From: Veleropilina oligotropha
Lineage: Eukaryota
Direction of reading: 5' to 3'
DNA length: 64,000 nucleotides
Assembly: GCA_048128005.1 (NCBI GenBank)
Contig: JBEUKZ010000117.1
Coordinates: forward strand, 62,001 to 126,000
Position 1 is the first letter of the stretch. Each line of letters opens with the position of its first letter. Of this stretch, positions 55,725 to 64,000 are shown in pieces. Made by a program: the position numbers and the translations under genes. The notes under the pieces were generated by a model. It saw only the letters and a list, made by a program, of their open reading frames with translations. It had not been told where the DNA came from and ran no database searches.

Positions 55725-55980
55725 CGAGACCAGCAATGTATTCCAGTAAACTGATCAGTCTCCAACAGGCTTCAGCGACCGGCTCCGGAAGCTGCCCAGT
55801 CGTCGCCCATAGGTTGGTCGGGCCCGAGAGCACCAGGACCGCGAACCGCACCATAGTCTTTTCGTTGCGCCGCCAGTAGTCGAGTGACGTAGTACCAAGG
55901 GGTGGGCCGGGGATTTTGTGCCGCTCGAAGGCATAGCCCACCGCAAGCATGGCGCAGTACAGCTCTTCTGGGAGCCCCAT
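55690..55980 (-). CDS. Hypothetical protein (96 aa), copy 2
   Basis: Homologue of 16490-16711. Confidence 0.55.
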   Translation of the reverse strand: MGLPEELYCAMLAVGYAFERHKIPGPPLGTTSLDYWRRNEKTMVRFAVLVLSGPTNLWATTGQLPEPVAEACWRLISLLEYIAGLDVVEETEAPDG

Positions 55981-56021
55981 TATTATACCTGGCCCACGAA
56001 AAAAATGTCCACTGGAAATAA

Positions 56022-56450
56022 TTAGGCGAGCTTGTAGGCTACCAACCCGGTAGCCGCCATCCCAAGAATGATGAAGGTGATCTCACGTCCCTTCTGGCCA
56101 TCACTAGGCGTGTAGTATTCAGACAGCTGGGGCTCAGGGCCACCCCCCAGGCCGGGGTCAAGGTTCTTGCCGGTGATCAAGGCATATTCACGGATCGCGG
56201 CGTCAACATCCCGGAATGTGCCAACAGCGTGACCCTGGCGGCGAAGTTCAACGTTAAGCCAATCGAGACGCTCTGCCCTCTTTTGGGACCATTTTGTCTG
56301 AGCGGCCTGAAGCTGCTCTACGGCTTTGTCGTGACGTTTACGCTCCTCATCAACACCGGAGCTGCGTAGCTTCGAGAACAGGAAGTTCGACCCGCTGAAG
56401 GCGAGGGCGTTAACGAGAGCGCCCCCAACCAGCATCGCTATGGAGGCCAT
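56022..56450 (-). CDS. Hypothetical membrane protein (142 aa), copy 2
   Basis: Homologue of 16752-17180. Confidence 0.8.
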   Translation of the reverse strand: MASIAMLVGGALVNALAFSGSNFLFSKLRSSGVDEERKRHDKAVEQLQAAQTKWSQKRAERLDWLNVELRRQGHAVGTFRDVDAAIREYALITGKNLDPGLGGGPEPQLSEYYTPSDGQKGREITFIILGMAATGLVAYKLA

Positions 56451-56471
56451 TGTAATGCAGGTACTTCGTCG

Positions 56472-56711
56472 CTACTTCAATATGTCGGCCGGAATGATGC
56501 CTTGTTTGATCAGCATATCTTTCGTCGCCATGGCGAGCGCTACATCGAGAACGACCATCCCGACGTCGTAGCCGGCGAAGTCCAGCTTGGGGCTCGCCCC
56601 CTTGAATACCATCTTGACCAGGCGTGCGTAGCCTATGGCAAGGCCTGACACTATAGCTGAGTGATAGACGGCATTGCCGAGCATCTTTCCATCAGTGATT
56701 GGGGTAGTCAT
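56472..56711 (-). CDS. Small hydrophobic protein (79 aa), copy 2
   Basis: Homologue of 17212-17451. Confidence 0.8.
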   Translation of the reverse strand: MTTPITDGKMLGNAVYHSAIVSGLAIGYARLVKMVFKGASPKLDFAGYDVGMVVLDVALAMATKDMLIKQGIIPADILK

Positions 56712-56723
56712 GTTGTACTGCTA

Positions 56724-57224
56724 CTATCGCATATGGAACGGGTTGTGCTCATTCTTCAATTCGGTGGTGGTTGGGGTGGGGACAGATGGCTGCCTCGCCT
56801 GTGCTGGTGGCTGCCGATGTGGTGTGGATGGACCAGGGTTGCTGCGTTTCCAGACAACAAATAGCAACGCAACCGTACCGGCAGCAACGGCTACCTGGGT
56901 CCAATTAAATGGGTCCGATTTCCGCGTATCTGACTGTACTGCTTTTTCGAGCGCGGTCATCGCAGCAGCAGGGGTATTACCACTGTGTTTTTGTTGTTGT
57001 GGGGGGGGCTGTGCCTCATGCGGTTCTGGAACTGTGTGGGTGTCTTCCTTAAGTTTTCGAACCTCAGCAAGTAGCCTCTCCTGTTTGGCCTTCCTCGCAG
57101 CAGCTCCGGCCCTCCCTGCAGCCACCTTCTTAGGGTCCTTCCCCGAAGAAGAGGTCACCCTCTCTATCGGCTGGGTCACCCTCTCTATCGTCTCTATCGG
57201 CTGGTCCGTTTCCGGCGTCGTCAT
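56724..57224 (-). CDS. Basic TM protein, copy 2
   Basis: Homologue of 17477-17968. Confidence 0.7.
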   Translation of the reverse strand: MTTPETDQPIETIERVTQPIERVTSSSGKDPKKVAAGRAGAAARKAKQERLLAEVRKLKEDTHTVPEPHEAQPPPQQQKHSGNTPAAAMTALEKAVQSDTRKSDPFNWTQVAVAAGTVALLFVVWKRSNPGPSTPHRQPPAQARQPSVPTPTTTELKNEHNPFHMR

Positions 57225-57872
57225 CTTGATCTCGTCGCTCTCGCGATATTTTGGGCGGGCAGACGTGTCCAAATCGGCAGTGCTTAGCCGTGGTCAGCGC
57301 CGCGGTCAGCGGTGCGAGGTACATGCCATATTTATAATACAGCTCACAGCTTGCAGTGGTCAGGGCATGTGAGATGAATGGGTCGGCCTCCAGGTCGGCG
57401 ATCAGTCGTAGCTGGTTTGCTGGTGGAATGGGCAAGAGCATCCCAGCTGCACCCGCATAAAGCTGTATAGCGGAAGTCCCCAGAGTCTTCGTCACCTCGG
57501 CACCGAGTTTCGCTTCATACCTCGCGTGGTGCTTTTCGACCTCGTCGTCAGACATGTCGTCGATCCGGTCCACCGTGAGCTTTTGCCCTAAGTATCTGTG
57601 GGCCCCTCCAACGGCTAACGCGGCAAGCCTTCGGAACCTGCGACTCCACTGTTACTGACAGGTTCCTTGCCATCGGTCGTCGAGCGACAGCTGTTGATGG
57701 TCGTTTCTGGTTCGTCATCCATGAGTTGATCGATGAGGCTGTCCATCCTTAAGCGTTTCAAACATCTCCACACCGGTCTAATATAGCCGTACAGCCAGGA
57801 CCACAATGCTACCTGCAACAGCAACATCAGGCCCTGGCTGCAAGCACAGAATATGTATACCGCGTCCGACAT
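57130..57872 (-). pseudogene. Frameshifted homologue of the 251-aa gene
   Basis: Net 19-nt deletion near 57631 relative to 18366-18385 splits it into 85-aa and 147-aa ORFs. Confidence 0.7.
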
Positions 57873-57914
57873 GCTGGGTAGATGCTCAGTAGATGCCTAG
57901 TAGACTACAGCTTG

Positions 57915-58550
57915 CTAAAGCACACTATAAGCAACTGGCTGATCGGTCTTTAACAACAGCTTAGCGTGTCTGGTCTCGGCCAACAGAGCCCGTACCACGG
58001 TCCGTTCATCCTGCGACGGGATAACATTGGTCTCGCGCAGACAGTCCTCGAAACTGTCGCGGTCCTTGCAATGGAACAGCGCGACCCAGCGGGTCTGCTC
58101 TCTGAGCTCCTTCAAGACTGCGTTGTACTTTTGCGTCACCACCCATACGCTTTGTTCGGCATGCCTGCCGCTGAAGGCCAACAAAGTCAGCATGTCCCGT
58201 TTTTTGGCGAGGGCCTTGCTGGCGGCGCAGTCGTCGATTATGTACAGAGTCGACTCCCCCTGAAACAGCCGGTAGAACCCCCGCAACCAGTCATGTAGTC
58301 GCTCACCGGGGGGGATCAAGTACACCTCAGGGTCAGTCCAGATCCATGGACAGGACTGGTATGCTTTGTTGTACTTGATCGTGGGGCAGAGGATCACAAT
58401 ATGCCGGAACACTCCTAGGTACTCCCCCTCCAGAAGTTCAAGCATGAAAACCGTCTTCCCACAGCCAGTCTGGCCGCAGATGATTGCGGAGTGGGGGTCC
58501 TTGGGGTGCGGGAACTGTCTTTTAGTATAGCGCGTTGACAAATCGGCCAT
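57915..58550 (-). CDS. A32-like packaging ATPase, copy 2
   Basis: GQTGCGKT, YIIDD, SGRH. Confidence 0.9.
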   Translation of the reverse strand: MADLSTRYTKRQFPHPKDPHSAIICGQTGCGKTVFMLELLEGEYLGVFRHIVILCPTIKYNKAYQSCPWIWTDPEVYLIPPGERLHDWLRGFYRLFQGESTLYIIDDCAASKALAKKRDMLTLLAFSGRHAEQSVWVVTQKYNAVLKELREQTRWVALFHCKDRDSFEDCLRETNVIPSQDERTVVRALLAETRHAKLLLKTDQPVAYSVL

Positions 58551-59823
58551 CCTGAATATGCAGTTGCGCGTCCATGATCACGTACAGGTAAACGTTCAAC
58601 GGGCCGGCTGCCTCGCCTATCTTAGTGATTTGTATTGTGATGCCCTCGCTGGCATTCTCTATCCTCCGGCCTGACCCATGCAGCTGATCGTCGTCGGTTA
58701 CCCGCAGGTCGATCCACAGCGCGAATTTATTAGTCAGAAACTGGCCCAGGGTAACGTCTGCCAGAGCCAAATCCTTGGCAACCAGCGCGACCTCGGGATG
58801 CCGCTTGCTGATCGGGTTGGAGGCGAACAGCTTCCTGGCTTCGTCCCACATCTGGTAGGAACGCATGCCCTGGCTGTATATTTGATTCGGCACACCCTCA
58901 ATGGTGACCTCAACCTTCGTGATCTTCGGATTGTAGAAGGCCTCGGTGTCCCTCGCGAATGGTGTGGCGTCTCTCGCAGGGTCCTCAAACAGCATTAGAA
59001 TCCCCTTCATGGAATGCGCCGGAACGTTCAGGTTCAGGTTCCACAGGGTGTCGCTCTTGTCTTTTGTGATCTTACGATGCCGCAGGACATGGTCGTAGAG
59101 GATGACGAGGCGGCCCCTGTATTGGTTTTGTATCAATCTGGCAAGCTCAAGATTAGTGACCATGTCGTATTCCAGGCTGATATTGTCGATGACGTAGCTG
59201 GAGCTGGGGTCATCGGTGTCCCTGATCGTCCTTGAGTGGTCGTTGAAGGTGAGCTCATATTCCAGACGGTCCCCCAATGCACTTTGGTAGAACGGCATGT
59301 GGCTCTCCAGCAACTCGAAGTCCAGCGGGATGCGGAACCTCGGACCGTAAGCGTCCGATATAGCTGTGTCCTCAGAACGTCTGAAGGCGTCCGCTGCGCC
59401 GACACGGTTCTTCGTCGTATTGTGGCTGTCGCTGGTATCAATCCCCTGGTAGTGAGCACTCTGGCGTTCTTGTGGTGTCTTCCACAGGTCACAGTAGCAG
59501 TGGTACACGTCGGAGTCGTCAATCGATAAGATTTCGTTGCCACTGATCTTTATCGTGGTCTTCTTGACCACGGCGCGTCCGATGTTCTGAACTACAGTCC
59601 TGTTCGGGTTAGCCGAGGTCAGAGAAATGGTGAATGCAAGGTGGGCAGTCCCTGGCACGATAACATCGTGAGTCCCGAGATTCGGGAACCGAACCAACAG
59701 CTGCTGGTTGGCGGCGATCGTGGAGGGGTTGTTCGTTATGGTGACCGACTGGCGGACCCCTTTCACCCCAAGAGGCTCTCGAAGTCTGCGGTATGGATCA
59801 AGCGTGCGTCCGTATATGCTCAT
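58522..59823 (-). CDS. Putative major capsid protein, copy 2 (433 aa)
   Basis: Homologue of 19292-20593. Confidence 0.72.
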   Translation of the reverse strand: MSIYGRTLDPYRRLREPLGVKGVRQSVTITNNPSTIAANQQLLVRFPNLGTHDVIVPGTAHLAFTISLTSANPNRTVVQNIGRAVVKKTTIKISGNEILSIDDSDVYHCYCDLWKTPQERQSAHYQGIDTSDSHNTTKNRVGAADAFRRSEDTAISDAYGPRFRIPLDFELLESHMPFYQSALGDRLEYELTFNDHSRTIRDTDDPSSSYVIDNISLEYDMVTNLELARLIQNQYRGRLVILYDHVLRHRKITKDKSDTLWNLNLNVPAHSMKGILMLFEDPARDATPFARDTEAFYNPKITKVEVTIEGVPNQIYSQGMRSYQMWDEARKLFASNPISKRHPEVALVAKDLALADVTLGQFLTNKFALWIDLRVTDDDQLHGSGRRIENASEGITIQITKIGEAAGPLNVYLYVIMDAQLHIQDGRFVNALY

Positions 59824-59866
59824 GTTGTTGGCTGAATTAGATGCGTATCCAAGCTGTAGTATTCAA

Positions 59867-61171
59867 ATGGCGGAATTCCCGAACCCCGCATTCGAGCTTG
59901 ATGATTTCATCGACAACGATGATCTCATCGACAACGATGATACCATCATCGACGATATTGATGTGGATAGATCCGCTGCGCCACAGGAAGGAACCAGCAG
60001 TCAGCGGCAAAAGTTTGTGAAGGACACGGTGGATGGCTACTACGAAGCCCTGGCACGGGAGGGGCAGACCCCGCCCACGTATCGTGATTATGCCCAGTTC
60101 GAGTATGTAGAGGGGGAGGGATTGCGGCTGAAGGCCTATCCACACATCGATCTCATCAATTCTAGGACCAAAAAGCCCAATGCTTTGTCAACACTAGCTA
60201 ACCGGCGTGGTGGGGGTAAACCGATCAGAGATGGGTTGGGGTTCGCAGCATGGACGCGGCCAGAGAAGCGGGGGAAAGGGGGGCAGAAGATGTCCTCAAA
60301 AGCCGTCGCAGCTTTTCAGACCGCCGACAATGAGTTGAGCGGTGCGGCGGCGAACGTAGACAACGTGGAACTGCGGGACTTGGGGCAGACAGCTACTGAG
60401 GCATCAGTAGCAATCCACACAATGGAGACGACGTTCACAGATGCTGAAGTTGATGAGATCTTAGGCACGATGGGGGACCCCCCATTAAATCTTCGTGAGC
60501 TTCGCGGCCTGGACAAGGCGATGCAGACAATCCGAGGCGAGCTAACGAATAATCTAGCCAAGCTAACGGCGCTGGACGAACACATAGCTCTGGAGAAGAG
60601 AAAGCTCGCTCAGGCAGATGACGAGGGAGGTGTAGAAGAGTTCGTTCGTCGACGTATCGCGGAACGGCTTCGCAACTTACAGGATGAACGAGAAGCTCGC
60701 CTAGAGGCAGCCTCGTCCAGCCGGGATGCCCTTCGCTCTCAAATTAGCCGGATCCGAGAGATGATAAGTCGGATTCTCCACACAGACACCACGCTTGCCG
60801 AGCGCGTCCGGACCCTGTTCCGCGAGCAGGGGGTTACGATCGCAACAATACTGACCGCGATTGGGTTGGCTATCTCGACTTTGGTACTAGCACTGACAGG
60901 CGGAGCGCCGAGCATCGCACCAATACCACCTCCCCCCAGTGGTGGTGGTGTTAAGGAGTGGGTCAAAAAGCAGCTGCAAGCTCTGGGACGGATTCTGGGC
61001 AAACTAGCAGGGAAGGCCGCAGCCGCACTCCCAGGAATGATTGGCAGCCTGGTCTCCTGGCTAATCAACCTGGTCGGCAAGACTGCGTCGTGGCTGGCCG
61101 AGAACCTGTGGGCTGTGATTATATCTGTTGGGGGCTTGCTTCTTATTGCCGCTAGACAGTGGGTCACGTAA
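59867..61171 (+). CDS. Coiled-coil membrane protein, copy 2
   Basis: Homologue of 20630-21946 starting MAEFPNPAF. Confidence 0.8.
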   Translation: MAEFPNPAFELDDFIDNDDLIDNDDTIIDDIDVDRSAAPQEGTSSQRQKFVKDTVDGYYEALAREGQTPPTYRDYAQFEYVEGEGLRLKAYPHIDLINSRTKKPNALSTLANRRGGGKPIRDGLGFAAWTRPEKRGKGGQKMSSKAVAAFQTADNELSGAAANVDNVELRDLGQTATEASVAIHTMETTFTDAEVDEILGTMGDPPLNLRELRGLDKAMQTIRGELTNNLAKLTALDEHIALEKRKLAQADDEGGVEEFVRRRIAERLRNLQDEREARLEAASSSRDALRSQISRIREMISRILHTDTTLAERVRTLFREQGVTIATILTAIGLAISTLVLALTGGAPSIAPIPPPPSGGGVKEWVKKQLQALGRILGKLAGKAAAALPGMIGSLVSWLINLVGKTASWLAENLWAVIISVGGLLLIAARQWVT

Positions 61172-62432
61172 GCCAGATGAACGCTAGGCCAACGACGACA
61201 ACGCCCACGATGAGTGCGGTTTTCTCCTCGTCATGTGAGGCAACCCCGGCTGGAACAGCTGCCGGCGATGCGTTTGAATGCTTCGGAGCATCTGCCCGTA
61301 AGACTGCGTCTTGTGGGATGACCAATCCTGTTTCTCCAGTACCCCCAGTGGCGTTGAGCGGCACACTGGCCGCGTTGACCGTAGTATTAAGACCGAGTGT
61401 CTGGTTTTCCGTGGCGACGACGATCTCGTTGTTATAACCAGCCACCTGCCCGATCCGTAGAAGCATGTTACTTGGCGCCATGTACAGGCCGACGCCGAAG
61501 ACGAAGTCCACTTTGGACCTCGCATACTGGAGCACCTCTTGGTACCGTTTGATGGCTGATGGGAGGTCCACTGGCGATGCGATTGCGTCTTCCACGTTCG
61601 CCAGGTACTGTTTCTGTGCGTCAAATGCCGTCCCACTACCCAGAATGCCTGCACGCGTTTGAGCCTGCGCTCCAAGAATCGCCCAGACGTAGGTCCTGAT
61701 GGAGTCATTGAGCCTCTCCACGCCGGCCCGGGTAAATCCCGCCGACTTGTCCAGGATGAAGGAAGCCCAGCCGTTTGAAAGAGCAGGCGCTTGCGCGATG
61801 TAGTCCACGTGCAGATTCGAGTTGGTCGTACCTTTTGTGAAGGACATTCGGCTTGGGTCATACTCACGTCCGATGGAGTGGTAGCCATTGTTCGTCCAGT
61901 AGCTGTAAGCGGTGCCTAGTCCGCCGTTGGGACCCTTGACACGCCAGTCGGTATGTGGGGACACTCCAAACTCGCTGCAGATCTTCTCATATGCCCTTCG
62001 ATCATATGGGGTGTCGAATGCATCCCACGTCCTGTCTTGTGGCAGCGGCGCCTGAATTTCGGTCAGTATCCTTCTGACCTGAAAGTAGACGTGGAAGGTG
62101 AATACGGCAGCGGAGAGGGGGTCGGTCGCATTCAAGTGGTCTTCTGAGGAGATCCCGGAACCTGTTGTGGCACACCATACGGCGAAGTTTACCTTGTTCT
62201 GCCAGAACCGCATCGGTGTGCTGTGCCAATCCCGTATTAGCCGATCACTCGCGACGTGAGGGAGGCGATACTTTTGGAAGACGTCGGGGTACTCTGCCCC
62301 GAATGCCGGAGATTCAGACGAGGAGCCAACGACGCTCGGTTTTGTAAGCTGCTCATCTTGGATCTTCGCTGGGTACGCCACACCGGTCGGATAGGCCGCA
62401 CTCCTATTGAACACAAAGGCGCTCTTAGCCAT
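61164..62432 (-). CDS. C-terminal TM-anchored hypothetical protein, copy 2 (422 aa)
   Basis: Homologue of 21939-23222. Confidence 0.8.
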   Translation of the reverse strand: MAKSAFVFNRSAAYPTGVAYPAKIQDEQLTKPSVVGSSSESPAFGAEYPDVFQKYRLPHVASDRLIRDWHSTPMRFWQNKVNFAVWCATTGSGISSEDHLNATDPLSAAVFTFHVYFQVRRILTEIQAPLPQDRTWDAFDTPYDRRAYEKICSEFGVSPHTDWRVKGPNGGLGTAYSYWTNNGYHSIGREYDPSRMSFTKGTTNSNLHVDYIAQAPALSNGWASFILDKSAGFTRAGVERLNDSIRTYVWAILGAQAQTRAGILGSGTAFDAQKQYLANVEDAIASPVDLPSAIKRYQEVLQYARSKVDFVFGVGLYMAPSNMLLRIGQVAGYNNEIVVATENQTLGLNTTVNAASVPLNATGGTGETGLVIPQDAVLRADAPKHSNASPAAVPAGVASHDEEKTALIVGVVVVGLAFIWLT

Positions 62433-62439
62433 AGCTACT

Positions 62440-63177
62440 ATGTTTCACACATTAACGAGTGTTCAAGAGGGAACCGCGGTTGCCCTTCTGCAGCCCATTG
62501 ATAACCGGGACGGCAATCTATGCGTCAGCTTGCAGTCGCTCGACTATTGGGTCGGCTGGCACAACGTGCACGCCGGAGCCTTCTTTAAGACCCCGGATAC
62601 CACGGTCGAGGTGGCACCAGGTTTCTACAGCTTCGATGACCTCGCCAAGACGTTGAAGGGGTCGCTAAAGAATATACAACTGGATGTAAGCCATGCTACA
62701 GGACTCGCCCGAATCGTGGTCCCAGAGGGGACCCGACTCGCGATCAGCGACGACATCAGGAAGCTCCTCGGCTTAAACATTTCTTCGTTCATTCTCGATA
62801 AATCGGGGAATCTGAACCCACCCCTTCGAACACCGGGGGGCCGACCTCCCCCTCCGGAGAGATCCGAGTGGCTACGCCCCGGGACTTATGACGGGAACAA
62901 GCCGGTAGGGTTTGCCATAGCGCCGACCCTACACGTTCACCTGGAGCAGCTCAGCACAACACACAACGTGAAGGACGGCGCCCCGAGCAATATTCTCGCA
63001 GTGGTCCCCATAACGTCGCAGGTGTTCGGCGAGGCTGCCCACTATCATAAATATCCTGCCGGCCGGCGACTACAGGCCGGGTCAATCACAGAATTGAAGG
63101 TGTATGTCACCGACTCAGATGGTAACCCGATCGACAATCACGGCATGCCCATTACCGCAGTCCTTGCGATACAATGA
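62440..63177 (+). CDS. Putative minor capsid protein, copy 2
   Basis: Homologue of 23230-23970. Confidence 0.68.
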   Translation: MFHTLTSVQEGTAVALLQPIDNRDGNLCVSLQSLDYWVGWHNVHAGAFFKTPDTTVEVAPGFYSFDDLAKTLKGSLKNIQLDVSHATGLARIVVPEGTRLAISDDIRKLLGLNISSFILDKSGNLNPPLRTPGGRPPPPERSEWLRPGTYDGNKPVGFAIAPTLHVHLEQLSTTHNVKDGAPSNILAVVPITSQVFGEAAHYHKYPAGRRLQAGSITELKVYVTDSDGNPIDNHGMPITAVLAIQ

Positions 63178-63524
63178 GCAGCATCTACGGGACCCTGCTT
63201 GCAGATGAGCCCTCTTCAGCGACCCAGTGGCACTTCGTTCTCAGTTGTGGGGAAGTGCCCAACAAGGGCCTGGCGAGGAGGGAGTTCATGATTCCAAACA
63301 CTGGAGGTCGGTTTGGGTTGAATCCAGTCCTCCTAATGATCCACCTGACGCCGGTCCAGCCGGCCGGGGGGGCTCCCAAAGTGTGTTCCATAAATAAAAT
63401 GGGCCTGGACTCAGACAAGTTGACCCTCGCCTTCACCGTCAAGGCCCCGTGGGTAGGCACCCTGTATTTGAACGTTACGGTAGACATTCGAAATCAACAG
63501 GCTGAACAATACAGCCACGTGTAA
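63174..63524 (+). CDS. Hypothetical protein (116 aa), copy 2
   Basis: Homologue of 23967-24317. Confidence 0.7.
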   Translation: MSSIYGTLLADEPSSATQWHFVLSCGEVPNKGLARREFMIPNTGGRFGLNPVLLMIHLTPVQPAGGAPKVCSINKMGLDSDKLTLAFTVKAPWVGTLYLNVTVDIRNQQAEQYSHV

Positions 63525-64000
63525 TGGACAACAAACCCTCAGCGCCAACACTGTACCCACAACTTGATGGCGATGTGCTTTCGGAAGTTCCGGAGGCACA
63601 GTCTTTCCGACTACAGAAAGTGAATGAGCTCCAGGGACAGCTAGAACGAGAGAGAGACACAAGGGCTGCACTGTATAAAAAATACCGCCGAGGCGTTAAT
63701 GTCGTTGACGGGATCGACTCGGCCCTGGTCGTGGCGACCCTTGGTATGGGTAGTGCTGGAATTGGACTACTTTCCACAATCGTTGCCGCCCCGGTCGTCC
63801 TAGTGCTGGAATTAGCGGCGTTGGGGTGTGGGCTCGCTAGCATGGGTGGAAAATACATCAGCCGACGCCTCGGGGTGAAGGCCAAGAAGCACGACGAAAT
63901 ACGAGTACTGGCCGACAGCAAACTGAATACCATAACCGACCACGTCTCAAAGGCCTTAGCGGACGGGGTGATGTCTGATGATGAATTTCAACTGGTCACA
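63524..64000 (+). CDS. Two-TM hypothetical protein, copy 2 (partial)
   Basis: Homologue of 24314-24949, starts in TAATG overlap, runs off window. Confidence 0.78.
   Translation, partial: MDNKPSAPTLYPQLDGDVLSEVPEAQSFRLQKVNELQGQLERERDTRAALYKKYRRGVNVVDGIDSALVVATLGMGSAGIGLLSTIVAAPVVLVLELAALGCGLASMGGKYISRRLGVKAKKHDEIRVLADSKLNTITDHVSKALADGVMSDDEFQLVT

Larger units (their letters stand above)
49843..64000 (+). mobile_element. Polinton/Maverick-like endogenous virus, copy 2 (truncated by window end)
   Basis: Same AGCAGCAG(G)nTGACCATACC terminus, same gene order, different flank (CCCGG precedes terminus). Confidence 0.93.

Overview
Animal (invertebrate-like, AT-rich) genomic window with two host C2H2 zinc-finger genes, several satellites and many decayed transposons. 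It carries two related but clearly diverged integrated Polinton/Maverick-like viruses. Copy 1 is complete (10684-26573, about 15.9 kb): it has ~288-bp terminal inverted repeats beginning AGCAGC and a 5-bp target-site duplication (GCATG). Copy 2 starts at 49843 and runs off the window. Both encode a retroviral-type integrase, an A32-like packaging ATPase and putative major and minor capsid proteins, plus about seven predicted membrane proteins (one frameshifted in copy 2). The most unusual gene is a single ~1280-aa replicase. It joins an N-terminal HeH-like motif, a vOTU-like protease, a divergent family-B polymerase with no recognisable proofreading exonuclease, a Pif1/RecD-like SF1 helicase and a C-terminal HNH-type nuclease. 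No adenain-type maturation protease is visible in the complete copy. Host-side observations include a satellite amplified from a tRNA-SINE head, a 2.5-kb microsatellite continuous with a SINE tail, a Penelope fragment with hammerhead-like folds, and a zinc-finger array evolving like a minisatellite. All calls come from motif reading by eye; no database searches were run.
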